From contig NC_043000.1 of assembly GCF_006345805.1 (NCBI RefSeq), positions 22,754,001-22,818,000 on the forward strand: a stretch of 64,000 nucleotides of DNA, read 5' to 3'. A model generated the notes under the pieces. It was not told the DNA's origin. It was given only the letters and a program-made list of their open reading frames with translations, and did not search any database. This stretch comes from Octopus sinensis. Its lineage: Eukaryota. This document shows, one piece after another, positions 22,667 through 36,600 of the stretch (its first letter is position 1; every line of letters starts with the position of its first letter). A program made the position numbers and the translations under genes.

Positions 22667-23289
22667 TTTAGAATTTCGTTTCTTTGAAACGTAAGTGTTT
22701 TTCTCAATTTCTCCTCTTTATGAACGCTCTAATCGTTCTCTTTCAATCACCAAATCCAAATTCCTTCTCTGTTAATCTTTTATTTCCGCCATTAAATATT
22801 TTGTTGTATCAGTTTCCTGCCCCGGTTGTTTTAATTTGTTATTCTCTAAATGTCCTTCTGCAGCTTCGATTTTTCGACATTTTGATCAAAGACAGATGTG
22901 CTTGACCATGTCGTTGAAAGCAGTTCAATAAAATGAATAATACATTGAGGTACAACAGTATTTAGATGTTGTCATAATGCTAATGCAGTACCGCATACGA
23001 CAACGTAATAGTTTACAGATGTAGTTGGTATTGTTGTTCAACTCCAGGTAAGTTCAAGTCAATGAGCAAAGGCGTTCCAGCCGTGATCATCACTGTATTT
23101 TTGTATATCTAGGGATTACATATAGGCGCAGGCATGGCTGTGTGGTTAAGGAGCTTGTTTTGCAACCATGTAGTTTTTGGTTCAGTCCCATTGCGCGGCA
23201 ACTTGGGCAAATGTCTTCAACTATAACCTATGACAGACCAATGCCTTGTGAGTGAATTTGGCCGACGGAAACTCTATGCAAGCACGTCA

Positions 23290-23990
23290 CACATCTGGCA
23301 GGAGAGTTGTTAGTTAGGTCGTCTGTTACTCTGAAATTTGGATGGATATTGGAGTGGTGGGATGGGGTGGGGGTGAGGGGGAGGATTTTACGTTCATTGG
23401 AACTGGTTTCAATTCTGGGGATATATTCGATTGAGTTTTTATAGCCGGCACGTTGTAGAGCGCAATTGTAATATTCTGCATATTGATCGAATAAATCTTT
23501 ATTAGCAGATAGTGAGGAAATCCAGTAGAAATCCACAACAGATTAAAATCTGTTACTTGGGGTGGTGGTAGTCGGATGAGTAGTTCCCGTAGTTGAGGTT
23601 TTCCCCAGGTTTGTGGTAAGGGTAGAAGGTTTGGTTTAGCAAATCTAGGGTTACGTCCAAGAAATTAATAGCTTTAACGTTGTTACAGAAGGAGATGTTA
23701 AGTCCGAGTTTTTGAAAAAGCTTCTTAATCTTTTTCTAGTCTGTTTGATTTTCTGGTTGCTAGACCTTAGGATTACGAACAGACCATCGTCTCTGTATAG
23801 ACCACCTGAGATGTTGAGGAATTGTTCATGGATACCGTTAAGTAGGTAATGCTCTACAAGGTTTGTAACTTGACCGGAGTCACTGGCCCCCATAGGGATG
23901 TCAAAGAAGTTGGATATTTACCACTTCCGAGGTTCCGCTCGTTATAAAACATATGTAGCCCGGTTCGTATTTACTCCATTCCTTAACTCA
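23290..23990 (-). mobile_element. Penelope-like element RT fragment (YRDD type) nested in a SINE-A (SINE halves 23125-23289 and ~24330-24490)
   Basis: FFDIPMGASDSGQVTNLVEHYLLN...GGLYRDDGL...NFLDVTLDLLNQTFYPYHKP...LSANKDLFDQYAEYYNCALQRAGYKNSIEY, with frameshifts. Confidence 0.8.
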
Positions 23991-24013
23991 TGTTTTCTTA
24001 TATATATATATGT

Positions 24014-24106
<93 letters not shown>

Positions 24107-24278
24107 AATATGTATATATATATATGTATATATGTATATATGTAAATATATATGTGTGTATATACATATACATACATACATATATATACATATGAATAAA
24201 TATATATATTATATATACACATGTACACACATACATATATCATTCTTTTTAGAAAACATAAATCCGGAGAAGCACATA

Positions 24279-24314
<36 letters not shown>

Positions 24315-25200
24315 TGTATGTATGTATGTATGTATGTATGTATGTATGTATGTGTGCGTGTGTGTGTCGTTGTGTTTGAGTTGTGTTTGTCACCAACCGT
24401 CGTTTGACAACTGGTGATAGTTTGTTTACGTCCTTTGAAGCAGTACATCAGTATGGCCATAAAACCCAATGACCGAAACAAGTAAAAACATAAAACGTTC
24501 TTCGTTGCTTTTAAGACGTTAGACACGGAGGGAAGATTTAGCTGCTATTTTTGACAGGCCGAACGATAGCGCAGAGGTTCCAGTGGTTCGGTGTGCTATG
24601 GCGTGGTTCGTAGCTCATTGTATTTGGAGTGGAAACTGGTATATTCCTCGAAACCGGAGATTAATCCATTATTCCAGTATTTCTAAATTAACCTATTTGA
24701 TTTTTCTCTTTTCATAGGAATTTCGTCTTTTGTCTGGCACCACTTGGAGACAGCATCATTGCCAGACAATGATTGGTATCGTTTCTACTAAGACCATTAA
24801 TTGCGATAGCCGTCACTACTTTCCAATTAGCGATATTTCGTTTCAAATGATGGTACATCCGGTTTCTTCAACAAATCGGTTATGGTGGAGGTTGTTTTGG
24901 CTTGCGCACCAACTTCGATCGTCACATATAACCAGGACCTCTTCTCAACGGCGGGAAGTCAACCTTCATATATAACATATGTCTAGTTCTTCTACAGTAC
25001 TTTATCTATCTTCTTCCTATGCTGTGTTGACTGCGCTAGATTTCCTAAAATATACACTCATAATTTTGAGGATGTGACATTGATATTCACATAAAAGTTA
25101 CTAAAAATCACAAGAATTTGGTTTAAAACGGAAGGCTACACACACACACGCACACACACACACACACACACACACGCACGTAAACACACACACACACACA

Positions 25201-25255
<55 letters not shown>

Positions 25256-25259
<4 letters not shown>

Positions 25260-25542
25260 TTCCCTGTGTGTGTTTGTGTAAGAATTTTTCATTTTTTTTT
25301 GTTTTCAAAAACTGACTCTTTTGCTGTTTACTACTCTTTTACTCTTTTACTTGTTTCAGTCATTTGACTGTGGCCATGCTGGAGCACCACCTTTAGTCGA
25401 GCAAATCAACCCCAGGACTTATTCTTTGGAAGCGTAATACTTATTCTATCGGTCTCTTTTGCCGAACCGATAAGTTACGGGGACGTAAGCACATCAGCAT
25501 CGGTTGTCAATCGATGGTGGGGGACAACACAGACACACAAAC

Positions 25543-25573
<31 letters not shown>

Positions 25574-25908
25574 CACACACACACCACACACACACACACA
25601 CAACACACACACACCACACACAGAGACTTCCCTGTGTGTGTTTGTGTAAGAATTTTTCATTTTTTTTTGTTTTCAAAAACTGACTCTTTTGCTGTTTACT
25701 ACTCTTTTACTCTTTTACTTGTTTCAGTCATTTGACTGTGGCCATGCTGGAGCACCACCTTTAGTCGAGCAAATCAACCCCAGGACTTATTCTTTGGAAG
25801 CGTAATACTTATTCTATCGGTCTCTTTTGCCGAACCGATAAGTTACGGGGACGTAAGCACATCAGCATCGGTTGTCAATCGATGGTGGGGGACAAACACA
25901 GACACACA

Positions 25909-25992
<84 letters not shown>

Positions 25993-26142
25993 TATATACG
26001 ACGGGCTTCTTTCAGTTTCCGCTTACCAAATCCAATCATAAGGCTTTGGTCGGCCCGAGGCTATAGTAGAAGACACTTGACCAAGGTGCCACGCAGTGGG
26101 ACTGAACCCAGAACCATGTGGTTCGTAAGCAAGCCACTCCTA
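25256..26142 (-). mobile_element. SINE family A with a 368-bp tandem duplication of its 3' half and flank
   Basis: 25256-~25525 is essentially identical to 25624-~25893; both breakpoints lie in (CA)n. Confidence 0.9.
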
Positions 26143-26157
26143 CTAGCTGAAGAAAAA

Positions 26158-26425
26158 ACATACATACATGCATACATACATACATACATACATACATACA
26201 TACATACACACACATACATACATACATACATACATACATACATACATACATACATACATACATACATACATACACACATACATACACACATGTATACATA
26301 CATACATACATACATACATACATACATGTATGCATACATACATATGTACACACACACATACATACATACATACATACATACATACATACATACATACATA
26401 CATACATACATACATACATACATAC
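26158..26425. repeat. (TACA)n microsatellite
   Basis: Direct inspection. Confidence 0.95.
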
Positions 26426-27168
26426 ACGATGATTCCTTCCTCTTGTCAAATGATAACCGTCCCAAGTGTGACATCTCAATATCACTGGATTTAAGTAACA
26501 AAGGCTTTTCGGTCATAGCAAGTGACATGCATTACGAAATGACTGATACTATTTTGACTTCAAGTTTTCAGAATATTTTTCTCCTAGAAGAACTGCCTTC
26601 CCTACGCCTTTGTCAAAAATAACAGGTACCTCCTCTACTTCTGGGAAATCTATTCAACCCATATATCGGACCCTATCAGGTAGTATTATTCCCGGTTAGA
26701 ACGGTACTAGGAGTAATGGTAATTAAGAGGTAACTCCATCCTCCCCACAACTTCAGAACTCTCAGACTGGAGCTTTAGTAATGGATGGAGTTTAAATGTC
26801 GGACTGAGGACTTACAAGCCTACATAAAACATGCACTTGCACACAAACATACACACACACACACACACATACACTTACAAGCAGACCTTTAGAACGGGCT
26901 GAAAGCGAGGAAGTAAACAAAAGAGATTTAAAAAAAAAGGGTTTAACTATAGATAGATTTCTAGTTTAGAGATGTAAGTCTTTTTACTGTCAGCAGTATA
27001 GTATAACACATTACCCATACAAAGAACACGTATCCACAAGCGAATATACAAATGCCCACATTAATATATAAGCTAAATCTAATTCATTCACCTCAACCAC
27101 GTGCGTATACGACCAGAAATAGTACCTGAGTAAATATATTTTTCGGAGTAATTTATATTTATATATAA

Positions 27169-27468
27169 TCTTTATATATAAAAGTGAAGTTGAGTGTCTG
27201 TCTCCTACGATTTAGATTCCTAACTACTCCCACATTTTGCGGTGCAGCGTAACCAAAAGCGGGTATCTTATAGTCGTGATTCATATCGAGCCCTTCTGGG
27301 TATTAGCGCGCGTCTACAGTGAGTCTACGATTAAAAAAAAAAATTACCATAATTTTTTCCCATTTTTAAAGCACTTTTTTTGCTATTATATAAGAGAAGT
27401 AACTCTCTAAAAATGCTTATATAGTTATTTCCCTTACAAACCCGAGCAACGCCGGGCGATACTGCTAC
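27169..27468 (+). mobile_element. Non-autonomous Helitron sharing only its 3' ~70 bp with 15143-15529
   Basis: A|TCTTTATATATAAAAG ... CTCTCTAAAAATGCTTATATAGTTATTTCCCTTACAAACCCGAGCAACGCCGGGCGATACTG-CTAC|T. Confidence 0.7.
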
Positions 27469-28145
27469 TCAAGGATAAAATCTTTATAAGATTTTATCAA
27501 GTAGCCAGCATACAATAAAACCGTATGGGTAACAATTAATACAAATATGAATTATATCAATATGATTATAATAAGGGCACTATAAGGTACTATTTTTGGT
27601 CGTGTACGCAAGTGGTTGAGGTGAATGAATTAAATTTAGCTTGTACATAATGTGGACATTAGTATATATGCTTGTGCATTCGTGTTATTCGTGTGGGTAT
27701 GTATAAATGTTTATAATTATGTACAATGTGTTATACTATACTGCTGACAGTAGACTTATCTATAGCTCATTTCCTCGCTTTCAGCGCGTGCTAAGGGGTA
27801 GATAATGAAGTTCTTAGAGCCATTTGGCGTCTATTCCTAGCATGAGGCGCTACTCATTAGTGCCCTTATTATAATTATATTGATATAATTATATCTTATA
27901 TATGTATATAAGGAAACTAGATGGTAAAATGTTTTTATTTTTTCATTTCGTTCTTGTCGAATTTTATCCCTAATTTTGTGGTTATAGAACCTAGCTGTTC
28001 TTTCTAGCGTGTTGAATCTCACGAGTGGATTCTTCGTGTTTAAATGTACACTGTATTTTATGACTAATACATAGTCTTTGGACTAAACTTTTACACATTA
28101 GGCCACTGGAAATGAAAATTTTAATTAATTTCCATTTCCTTTTGA

Positions 28146-28331
<186 letters not shown>

Positions 28332-28636
28332 ATGCATTAAATACTACAAAACGTACACGTAGGACAGACACAGAAGGACCCTAATTCTTCATCAGTTATC
28401 GACCAAAAATGCTAATGCCTTTAACGATAATACTTTCTATATCGGCGGCACCAGCAAAATTTGCGGAGAATTAGGGCTTCGAGCAAACAAAACATTACAG
28501 AGTGGACGTACGAAAGTAAACAAATGTAATTTGGAAACGATAGATGGAGACATAATAAATACAGCCTTTGGACCAAACACGAGGATGATGGGTAACGCCT
28601 AGAAGAAATCCTTACTGGATATAGAAAGAGAAATTA

Positions 28637-28965
28637 GGGCGGCGAGCTGGCAGAATCGTTAGCATGCCGGGCGAAATGTGTAGCCGTATTTCGTCTGCCG
28701 TTACGTTCTGAGTTCAAATTCTGCCGAGGTCGACTTTGCCTTTCATCCAATCGGGGTCGATAAATTAAGTACCAGTTACGCACTGGAGTCGATGTAATCG
28801 ACTTAATCCGTTTGTCTGTCCTTGTTTGTCTCCTCTGTGTGTAGCTCCTTGTGGGCAGTAAAGAAATAGGTATTTCGTCTGCCGCTACGTTCTGGGTTCA
28901 AATTCCGCCGAGGTCGACTTTGTTTGTCCCTTCTGTGTTTAGCCCCTTGTGGGTAGTAAAGAAAT
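28637..28965 (+). mobile_element. SINE family B head-to-tail dimer
   Basis: Full monomer followed by AAAGAAATA|GGTATTTCGTCTGCC junction and an internally deleted second monomer. Confidence 0.9.
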
Positions 28966-29120
28966 ATACAGAAAGAGAAATAGCAAGAGAGGAGAAAATG
29001 TTGACCGGCAAGCCAAGCCACCAGTGGCGAAAAGGCAGAGATATGAGAAAATTAGTCACGGGTCACGTGTGGGCAGTAGATAGAAGGGAAAGAGGATGAG
29101 AGAGAGGAAGAAAGAGAGAG

Positions 29121-29171
<51 letters not shown>

Positions 29172-30159
29172 GCAATATTCTCCGGACCTTTCCTCTTTCT
29201 GACGAAGAGCCATGCTTGAGACGTTACACACTTCTCTTTTTTCCATCTTAAACTGACCGTCAACCTAATACCACTGACTTTTTCTGTTTATTTTCACTTT
29301 CGATCTGTCTATATATATACATATAATGTGTGTGTGTGTGTGTTCAGTGTGAGTGTGGGTGGGGTAGGGAAAAAGAGTGAGAGAGAGGGCGAGAGAGAGA
29401 GAGAGAGCGGGAGTGAAAGAATGCGACGGAGACTGACCGATGCACACTGATGCGCACAAGCATATACACATGCACGCAGACACATACACTCTTGTAACCA
29501 AAGATATACGTGGACTTGAGTTTGCAACTATGGTGATACATGAAGTTTATTGAACAACTAATGAAGAAACTATTATATTTCATTACAGAAATATCTAGAA
29601 CATATTCTCAAATGTTTTTAAAGCAACAAAAGTGCGTTTTATTAAAAACTCACCGTTTATTACATTTTCTATTGACATACATATGATTATATGTTGAGTA
29701 AACACTATTTCGTGCTCATCATCTTTTTTATTGTTATTTAATGTTACATTCTCTTTCCAAACACACAATTGTATTCAATAAAATATTCCGTGTGAATGTA
29801 TCTAGAGTGAAGTATTTGTTTCTGATTGGAATTCATAGGTTTCCTGTACTATAAAGAGCCTGGTTAAAAGTCATACGGTGAAGTAACACAACCGTGGACC
29901 ATGTATATAATGGTATCAAATATCGTTACAGAGAGTGTATAAGGATCCAAAATATGCATAAGACAGACTTACAAACATCAAAAGCAAGGCTAAGATTACT
30001 CTGACTTTACTCTAGTCTTTAGATGTTTTATGAGCTCTAAAGCCAAGTCTCTGGCCATCGTTAAAGATCGGAAGGGACGGAAGTAAAAAAAAAAACAAGC
30101 AACATTTTCTGGGAAAACATTACCGATATTGCGATGTAAAAGCAATCCTTTTAAACTTT

Positions 30160-30363
30160 TACTTGTTTCATCTATTGGACTGCGGCCATGCTGGAGCATT
30201 TCCTTGACGGGTATAATCGAACAAATCGATACCAGTACCTATTTTTAGTTATGACACTTATTCTGTCGATCTTTTATGGAAACAAGCCGATACCGTTTGT
30301 CAAGCGGCAATAGGATAAACACCAAGACACAGACACACAGACACAGACACAGACACAGACACA

Positions 30364-30456
<93 letters not shown>

Positions 30457-30621
30457 TATGACTTCAACACAGTTTCTATCTACCAAATTTACCCTTAAGA
30501 CATTGGTCGACACTAAGCTATTGTACAGGACATTTGTTCAAGGTTCCATGGAATGGGACTGAACCCTAAACCACGTAGCTGCAAAGCGAGATTCTTAACT
30601 ACACAGCCCTATCTGTGTCAT
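30160..30621 (-). mobile_element. Diverged SINE family A whose 5' end merges into the satellite
   Basis: Minus strand GACACAGATAGGGCTGTGTAGTTAAGAATCTCGC...GGGTTCAGTCCC...CCTTGAACAAATGTCC, (TG)n interior, GAAACAAGTAAAAG tail. Confidence 0.8.
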
Positions 30622-33600
30622 CATAGGCAAGCCTGCGACATCACAACCATGCTTGCACCATCACAGCCACGCCTGTGCCACCACAGCAATGCCTGCGCTA
30701 TCACAGCCATGTCTGCGCAACCACAGTCATGCTTGCGCCATCACAGCCATGCTTGCGCCATCACAGCCACGTCTGCGTCATCACAGCCATGCTTGCGCAA
30801 CCACAGCCATGCCTGCGCCCCCACAGCAATGCCTGCGCTATCACAGCCATGTCTGCGCAACCACAGTCATGCTTGCGGCATCACAGCCATGCTTGCGCCA
30901 TCACAGCCACGTCTGCGTCATCACAGCCATGTCTGCGCAACCACAGTCATGCTTGCGCCATCACAGCCATGCTTGCGCCATCACAGCCACGTCTGCGTCA
31001 TCACAGCCATGTCTGCGCAACCACAGTCATGCTTGCGCCATCACAGCCATGCTTGCGCCATCACAGCCACGTCTGCGCTATCACAGCCATGTCTGCGCAA
31101 CCACAGTCATGCTGCGCCATCACAGCCATGTCTGCGCCATCACAGCCACGTCTGCGCTATCACAGCCATGTCTGCGCAACCACAGTCATGCTTGCGCCAT
31201 CACAGCCATGTCTGCGCCATCACAGCCACGTCTGCGTCATCACAGCCATGTCTGCGCAACCACAGTCATGCTTGCGCAACCACAGCCATGCCTGCGCCAT
31301 CACAGCCATGCTGCGCCATCACAGCCATGTCTGCGCTATCACAGCCATGTCTGCGCAACCACAGTCATGCTTGCGCCATCACAGCCATGTCTGCGCCATC
31401 ACAGCCATGCTTGCGCCATCACAACTATGCTTGTACTATCACAGCCATGCCTGCGCCATCACAGTCATACCTGCGACCTCACAGCCAAGCTGGTACCATC
31501 ACGGCAACGCTAGCGCAAGCACAGTCATGCCTGCACCATCACAGCCTTGCCTGCGCCATCACAGCTATATCTGCGCCATCACAGCTATGCTTGCATCATC
31601 ACAATCCCGCCTACGCTATTACAGCCTTGTCTGTGCCATCACAGCTATGCCTGCGCCATCACAGCTATGCCTGCGCCATCACAGCTATGCCTGCGCCATC
31701 ACAGCTATGCTTGCATCATCACAATCCCGCCTACGCTATTACAGCCTTGTCTGTGCCATCACAGCTATGCCTGCGCCATCACAGCTATGCCTGCGCCATC
31801 ACAGCTATGCCTGCGCCATCACAGCTATGCCTGCGCCATCACAGCTATGCTTGCATCATCACAATCCCGCCTACGCTATTACAGCCTTGTCTGTGCCATC
31901 ACAGCTATGCCTGCGCCATCACAGCTATGCCTGCGCCATCACAGCTATGCCTGCGCCATCACAGCTATGCTTGCATCATCACAATCCCGCCTACGCTATT
32001 ACAGCCTTGTCTGTGCCATCACAGCTATGCCTGCGCCATCACAGCTATGCCTGCGCCATCACAGCTATGCCTGCGCCATCACAGCTATGCTTGCATCATC
32101 ACAATCCCGCCTACGCTATTACAGCCTTGTCTGTGCCATCACAGCTATGCCTGCGCCATCACAGCTATGCCTGCTCCATCACAGCTATAATGCATCATCA
32201 CAGCTATGCTTGCATCATCACAATCCCGCCTACGCTATTACAGCCTTGTCTGTGCCATCACAGCTATGCCTGCGCCATCACAGCTATGCCTGCGCCATCA
32301 CAGCTATGCCTGCGCCATCACAGCTATGCTTGCATCATCACAATCCCGCCTACGCTATTACAGCCTTGTCTGTGCCATCACAACTATGCCTGCGCCATCA
32401 CAGCTATGCCTGCGCCATCACAGCTATGCCTGCGCCATCACAGCTATGCTTGCATCATCACAATCCCGCCTACGCTATTACAGCCTTGTCTGTGCCATCA
32501 CAGCTATGCCTGCGCCATCACAGCTATAATGCATCATCACAGCTATGCTTGCATCATCACAATCCCGCCTACGCTATTACAGCCTTGTCTGTGCCATCAC
32601 AGCTATGCCTGCGCCATCACAGCTATGCCTGCGCCATCACAGCTATGCCTGCGCCATCACAGCTATGCTTGCATCATCACAATCCCGCCTACGCTATTAC
32701 AGCCTTGTCTGTGCCATCACAGCTATGCCTGCGCCATCACAGCTATGCCTGCGCCATCACAGCTATGCCTGCGCCATCACAGCTATGCCTGCGCCATCAC
32801 AGCTATATCTGCGCCATCACAGCTATGCTTGCATCATCACAATCCCGCCTACGCTATTACAGCCTTGTCTGTGCCATCACAGCTATGCCTGCGCCATCAC
32901 AGCTATGCCTGCGCCATCACAGCTATGCCTGCGCCATCACAGCTATGCCTGCGCCATCACAGCTATGCCTGCGCCATCACAGCTATGCTTGCATCATCAC
33001 AATCCCGCCTACGCTATTACAGCCTTGTCTGTGCCATCACAGCTATGCCTGCGCCATCACAGCTATGCCTGCGCCATCACAGCTATGCCTGCGCCATCAC
33101 AGCTATGCTTGCATCATCACAATCCCGCCTACGCTATTACAGCCTTGTCTGTGCCATCACAGCTATGCCTGCGCCATCACAGCTATGCCTGCGCCATCAC
33201 AGCTATGCTTGCATCATCACAATCCCGCCTACGCTATTACAGCCTTGTCTGTGCCATCACAGCTATGCCTGCGCCATCACAGCTATGCCTGCGCCATCAC
33301 AGCTATGCCTGCGCCATCACAGCTATGCTTGCATCATCACAATCCCGCCTACGCTATTACAGCCTTGTCTGTGCCATCACAGCTATGCCTGCGCCATCAC
33401 AGCTATGCCTGCGCCATCACAGCTATGCCTGCGCCATCACAGCTATAATGCATCATCACAATCCCGCCTACGCTATTACAGCCTTGTCTGTGCCATCACA
33501 GCTATGCCTGCGCCATCACAGCTATGCCTGCGCCATCACAGCTATGCCTGCGCCATCACAGCTATGCTTGCATCATCACAATCCCGCCTACGCTATTACA

Positions 33601-36600
33601 GCCTTGTCTGTGCCATCACAGCTAGCCTGCGCCATCACAGCTATGCCTGCGCCATCACAGCTATGCTTGCATCATCACAATCCCGCCTACGCTATTACAG
33701 CCTTGTCTGTGCCATCACAGCTATGCCTGCGCCATCACAGCTATGCCTGCGCCATCACAGCTATGTCTGCGCTATCACAGCCATGTCTGCGCAACCACAG
33801 TCATGCTTGCGCCATCACAGCTATATCTGCGCCATCACAGCTATGCTTGCATCATCACAATCCCGCCTACGCTATTACAGCCTTGTCTGTGCCATCACAG
33901 CTATGCCTGCGCCATCACAGCTATGCCTGCGCCATCACAGCTATGCCTGCGCCATCACAGCTATGCTTGCATCATCAACAATCCCGCCTACGCTATTACA
34001 CGCCTTGTCTGTGCCATCACAGCTATGCCTGCGCCATCACAGCTATGCCTGCGCCATCACAGCTATGCCTGCGCCATCACAGCTATGCCTGCGCCATCAC
34101 AGTATGCTTGCATCATCACAATCCCGCCTACGCTATTACAGCCTTGTCTGTGCCATCACAGCTATGCCTGCGCCATCACAGCTATGCCTGCGCCATCACA
34201 GCTATGCCTGCGCCATCACAGCTATGCTTGCATCATCACAATCCCGCCTACGCTATTACCAGCCTTGTCTGTGCCATCACAGCTATGCCTGCGCCATCAC
34301 AGCTATGCCTGCGCCATCACAGCTATGCCTGCGCCATCACAGCTATGCTTGCATCATCACAATCCCGCCTACGCTATTACAAGCCTTGTCTGTGCCATCA
34401 CAGCTATGCCTGCGCCATCACAGCTATGCCTGCTCCATCACAGTATAATGCATCATCAAAGCTATGCTTGCATCATCACAATCCGCCTACGCTATTACAA
34501 GCCTTGTCTGTGCCATCACAGCTATGCCTGCGCCATCACAGCTATGCCTGCCGCCATCACAGCTATGCCTGCGCCATCACAGCTATGCTTGCATCATCAC
34601 AATCCCGCCTACGCTATTACAGCCTGTCTGTGCCATCACAACTATGCCTGCGCCATCACAGCTATGCCTGCGCCATCACAGCTATGCCTGCGCCATCACA
34701 GCTATGCTTGCATCATCACAATCCCGCCTACGCTATACAGCCTTGTCTGTGCCATCACAGCTATGCTGCGCCATCACAGCTATAATGCATCATCACAGCT
34801 ATGCTTGCATCTCACATCCCGCCTACGCTATTACAGCCTTGTCTGTGCCATCACAGCTATGCCTGCGCCATCACAGCTATGCCTGCGCCATCACAGCTAT
34901 GCCTGCCGCCATCACAGCTATGCTTGCATCATCACAATCCCGCCTACGCTATTACACAGCCTTGTCTGTGCCATCACAGCTATGCCTGCGCCATCACAGC
35001 TATGCCTGCGCCATCACAGCTATGCCTGCGCCATCACAGCTATGCCTGCGCCATCACAGCATATCTGCGCCATCACAGCTATGCTTGCATCATCACAATC
35101 CCGCCTACGCTATTACAGCTTGTCTGTGCCATCACAGCTATGCCTGCGCCATCACAGCTATGCCTGCGCCATCACAGCTATGCCTGCGCCATCACAGCTA
35201 TGCCTGCGCCATCACAGCTATGCCTGCGCCATCACAGCTATGCTTGCATCATCACAATCCCGCCTACGCTATATTACAGCCTTGTCTGTGCCATCACAGC
35301 TATGGCCTGCGCCATCACAGCTATGCCTGCGCCATCCACAGCTATGCCTGCGCCATCACAGCTATGCTTGCATCATCACAATCCCGCCTACGCTATTACA
35401 GCCTTGTCTGTGCCATCACAGCTATGCCTGCGCCATCACAGCTATGCCTGCGCCATCACAGCTATGCTTGCATCTCACAATCCCGCCTACGCTATTACAG
35501 CTTGTCTGTGCCATCACAGCTATGCCTGCGCCATCACAGCTATGCCTGCGCCATCACAGCTATGCCTGCGCCATCACAGCTATGCTTGCATCATCACAAT
35601 CCCGCCTACGCTATTACAGCCTTGTCTGTGCCATCACAGCTATGCCTGCGCCATCACAGCTATGCCTGCGCCATCACAGCTATGCCTGCGCCATCACAGC
35701 TATGCTTGCATCATCACAATCCCGCCTACGCTATTACAGCCTGTCTGTGCCATCACAGCTATGCCTGCGCCATCACAGCTATGCCTGCGCCATCACAGCT
35801 ATCCTGCGCCATCACAGCTATGCTTGCATCATCACAATCCCGCCTACGCTATTACAGCTTGTCTGTGCCATCACAGCTATGCCTGCGCCATCACAGCTAT
35901 GCCTGCGCCATCACAGCTATGCTTGCATCATCACAATCCCGCCTACGCTATTACAGCCTTGTCTGTGCCATCACAGCTATGCCTGCGCCATCCAGCTATG
36001 CCTGCGCCATCACAGCTATGCCTGCGCCATCACAGCTATGCTTGCATCACACAATCCCGCCTACGCTATTACAGCCTTGTCTGTGCCATCACAGCTATGC
36101 CTGCGCCATCACAGCTATGCCTGCCCATCACAGCTATGCTTGCATCATCACAATCCCGCCTACGCTATTACAGCCTTGTCTGTGCCATCACAGCTATGCC
36201 TGCGCCATCACAGCTATGCCTGCGCCATCACAGCTATGCCTGCGCCATCACAGCTATGCCTGCGCCATCACAGCTATGCTTGCATCATCACAATCCCGCC
36301 TACGCTATTACAGCCTTGTCTGTGCCATCACACTATGCCTGCGCCATCACAGCTATGCCTGCGCCATCACAGCTATGCCTGCGCCATCACAGCTATGCTT
36401 GCATCATCACAATCCGCCTACGCTATTACAGCCTTGTCTGTGCCATCACAGCTATGCCTGGCGCCATCACAGCTATGCCTGCGCCATCACAGCTATGCCT
36501 GCGCCATCACAGCTATGCTTGCATCATCACAATCCGCCTACGCTATTACAGCCTTGTCTGTGCCATCACAGCTATGCTGCGCCATCACAGCTATAATGCA

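Noticed and set aside
19735-24990. Strong + strand acceptors at ~19757 and ~24717 (also ~11410, ~46770)
   Set aside because: Downstream frames stop quickly or give no recognisable protein, and there are no good donors.
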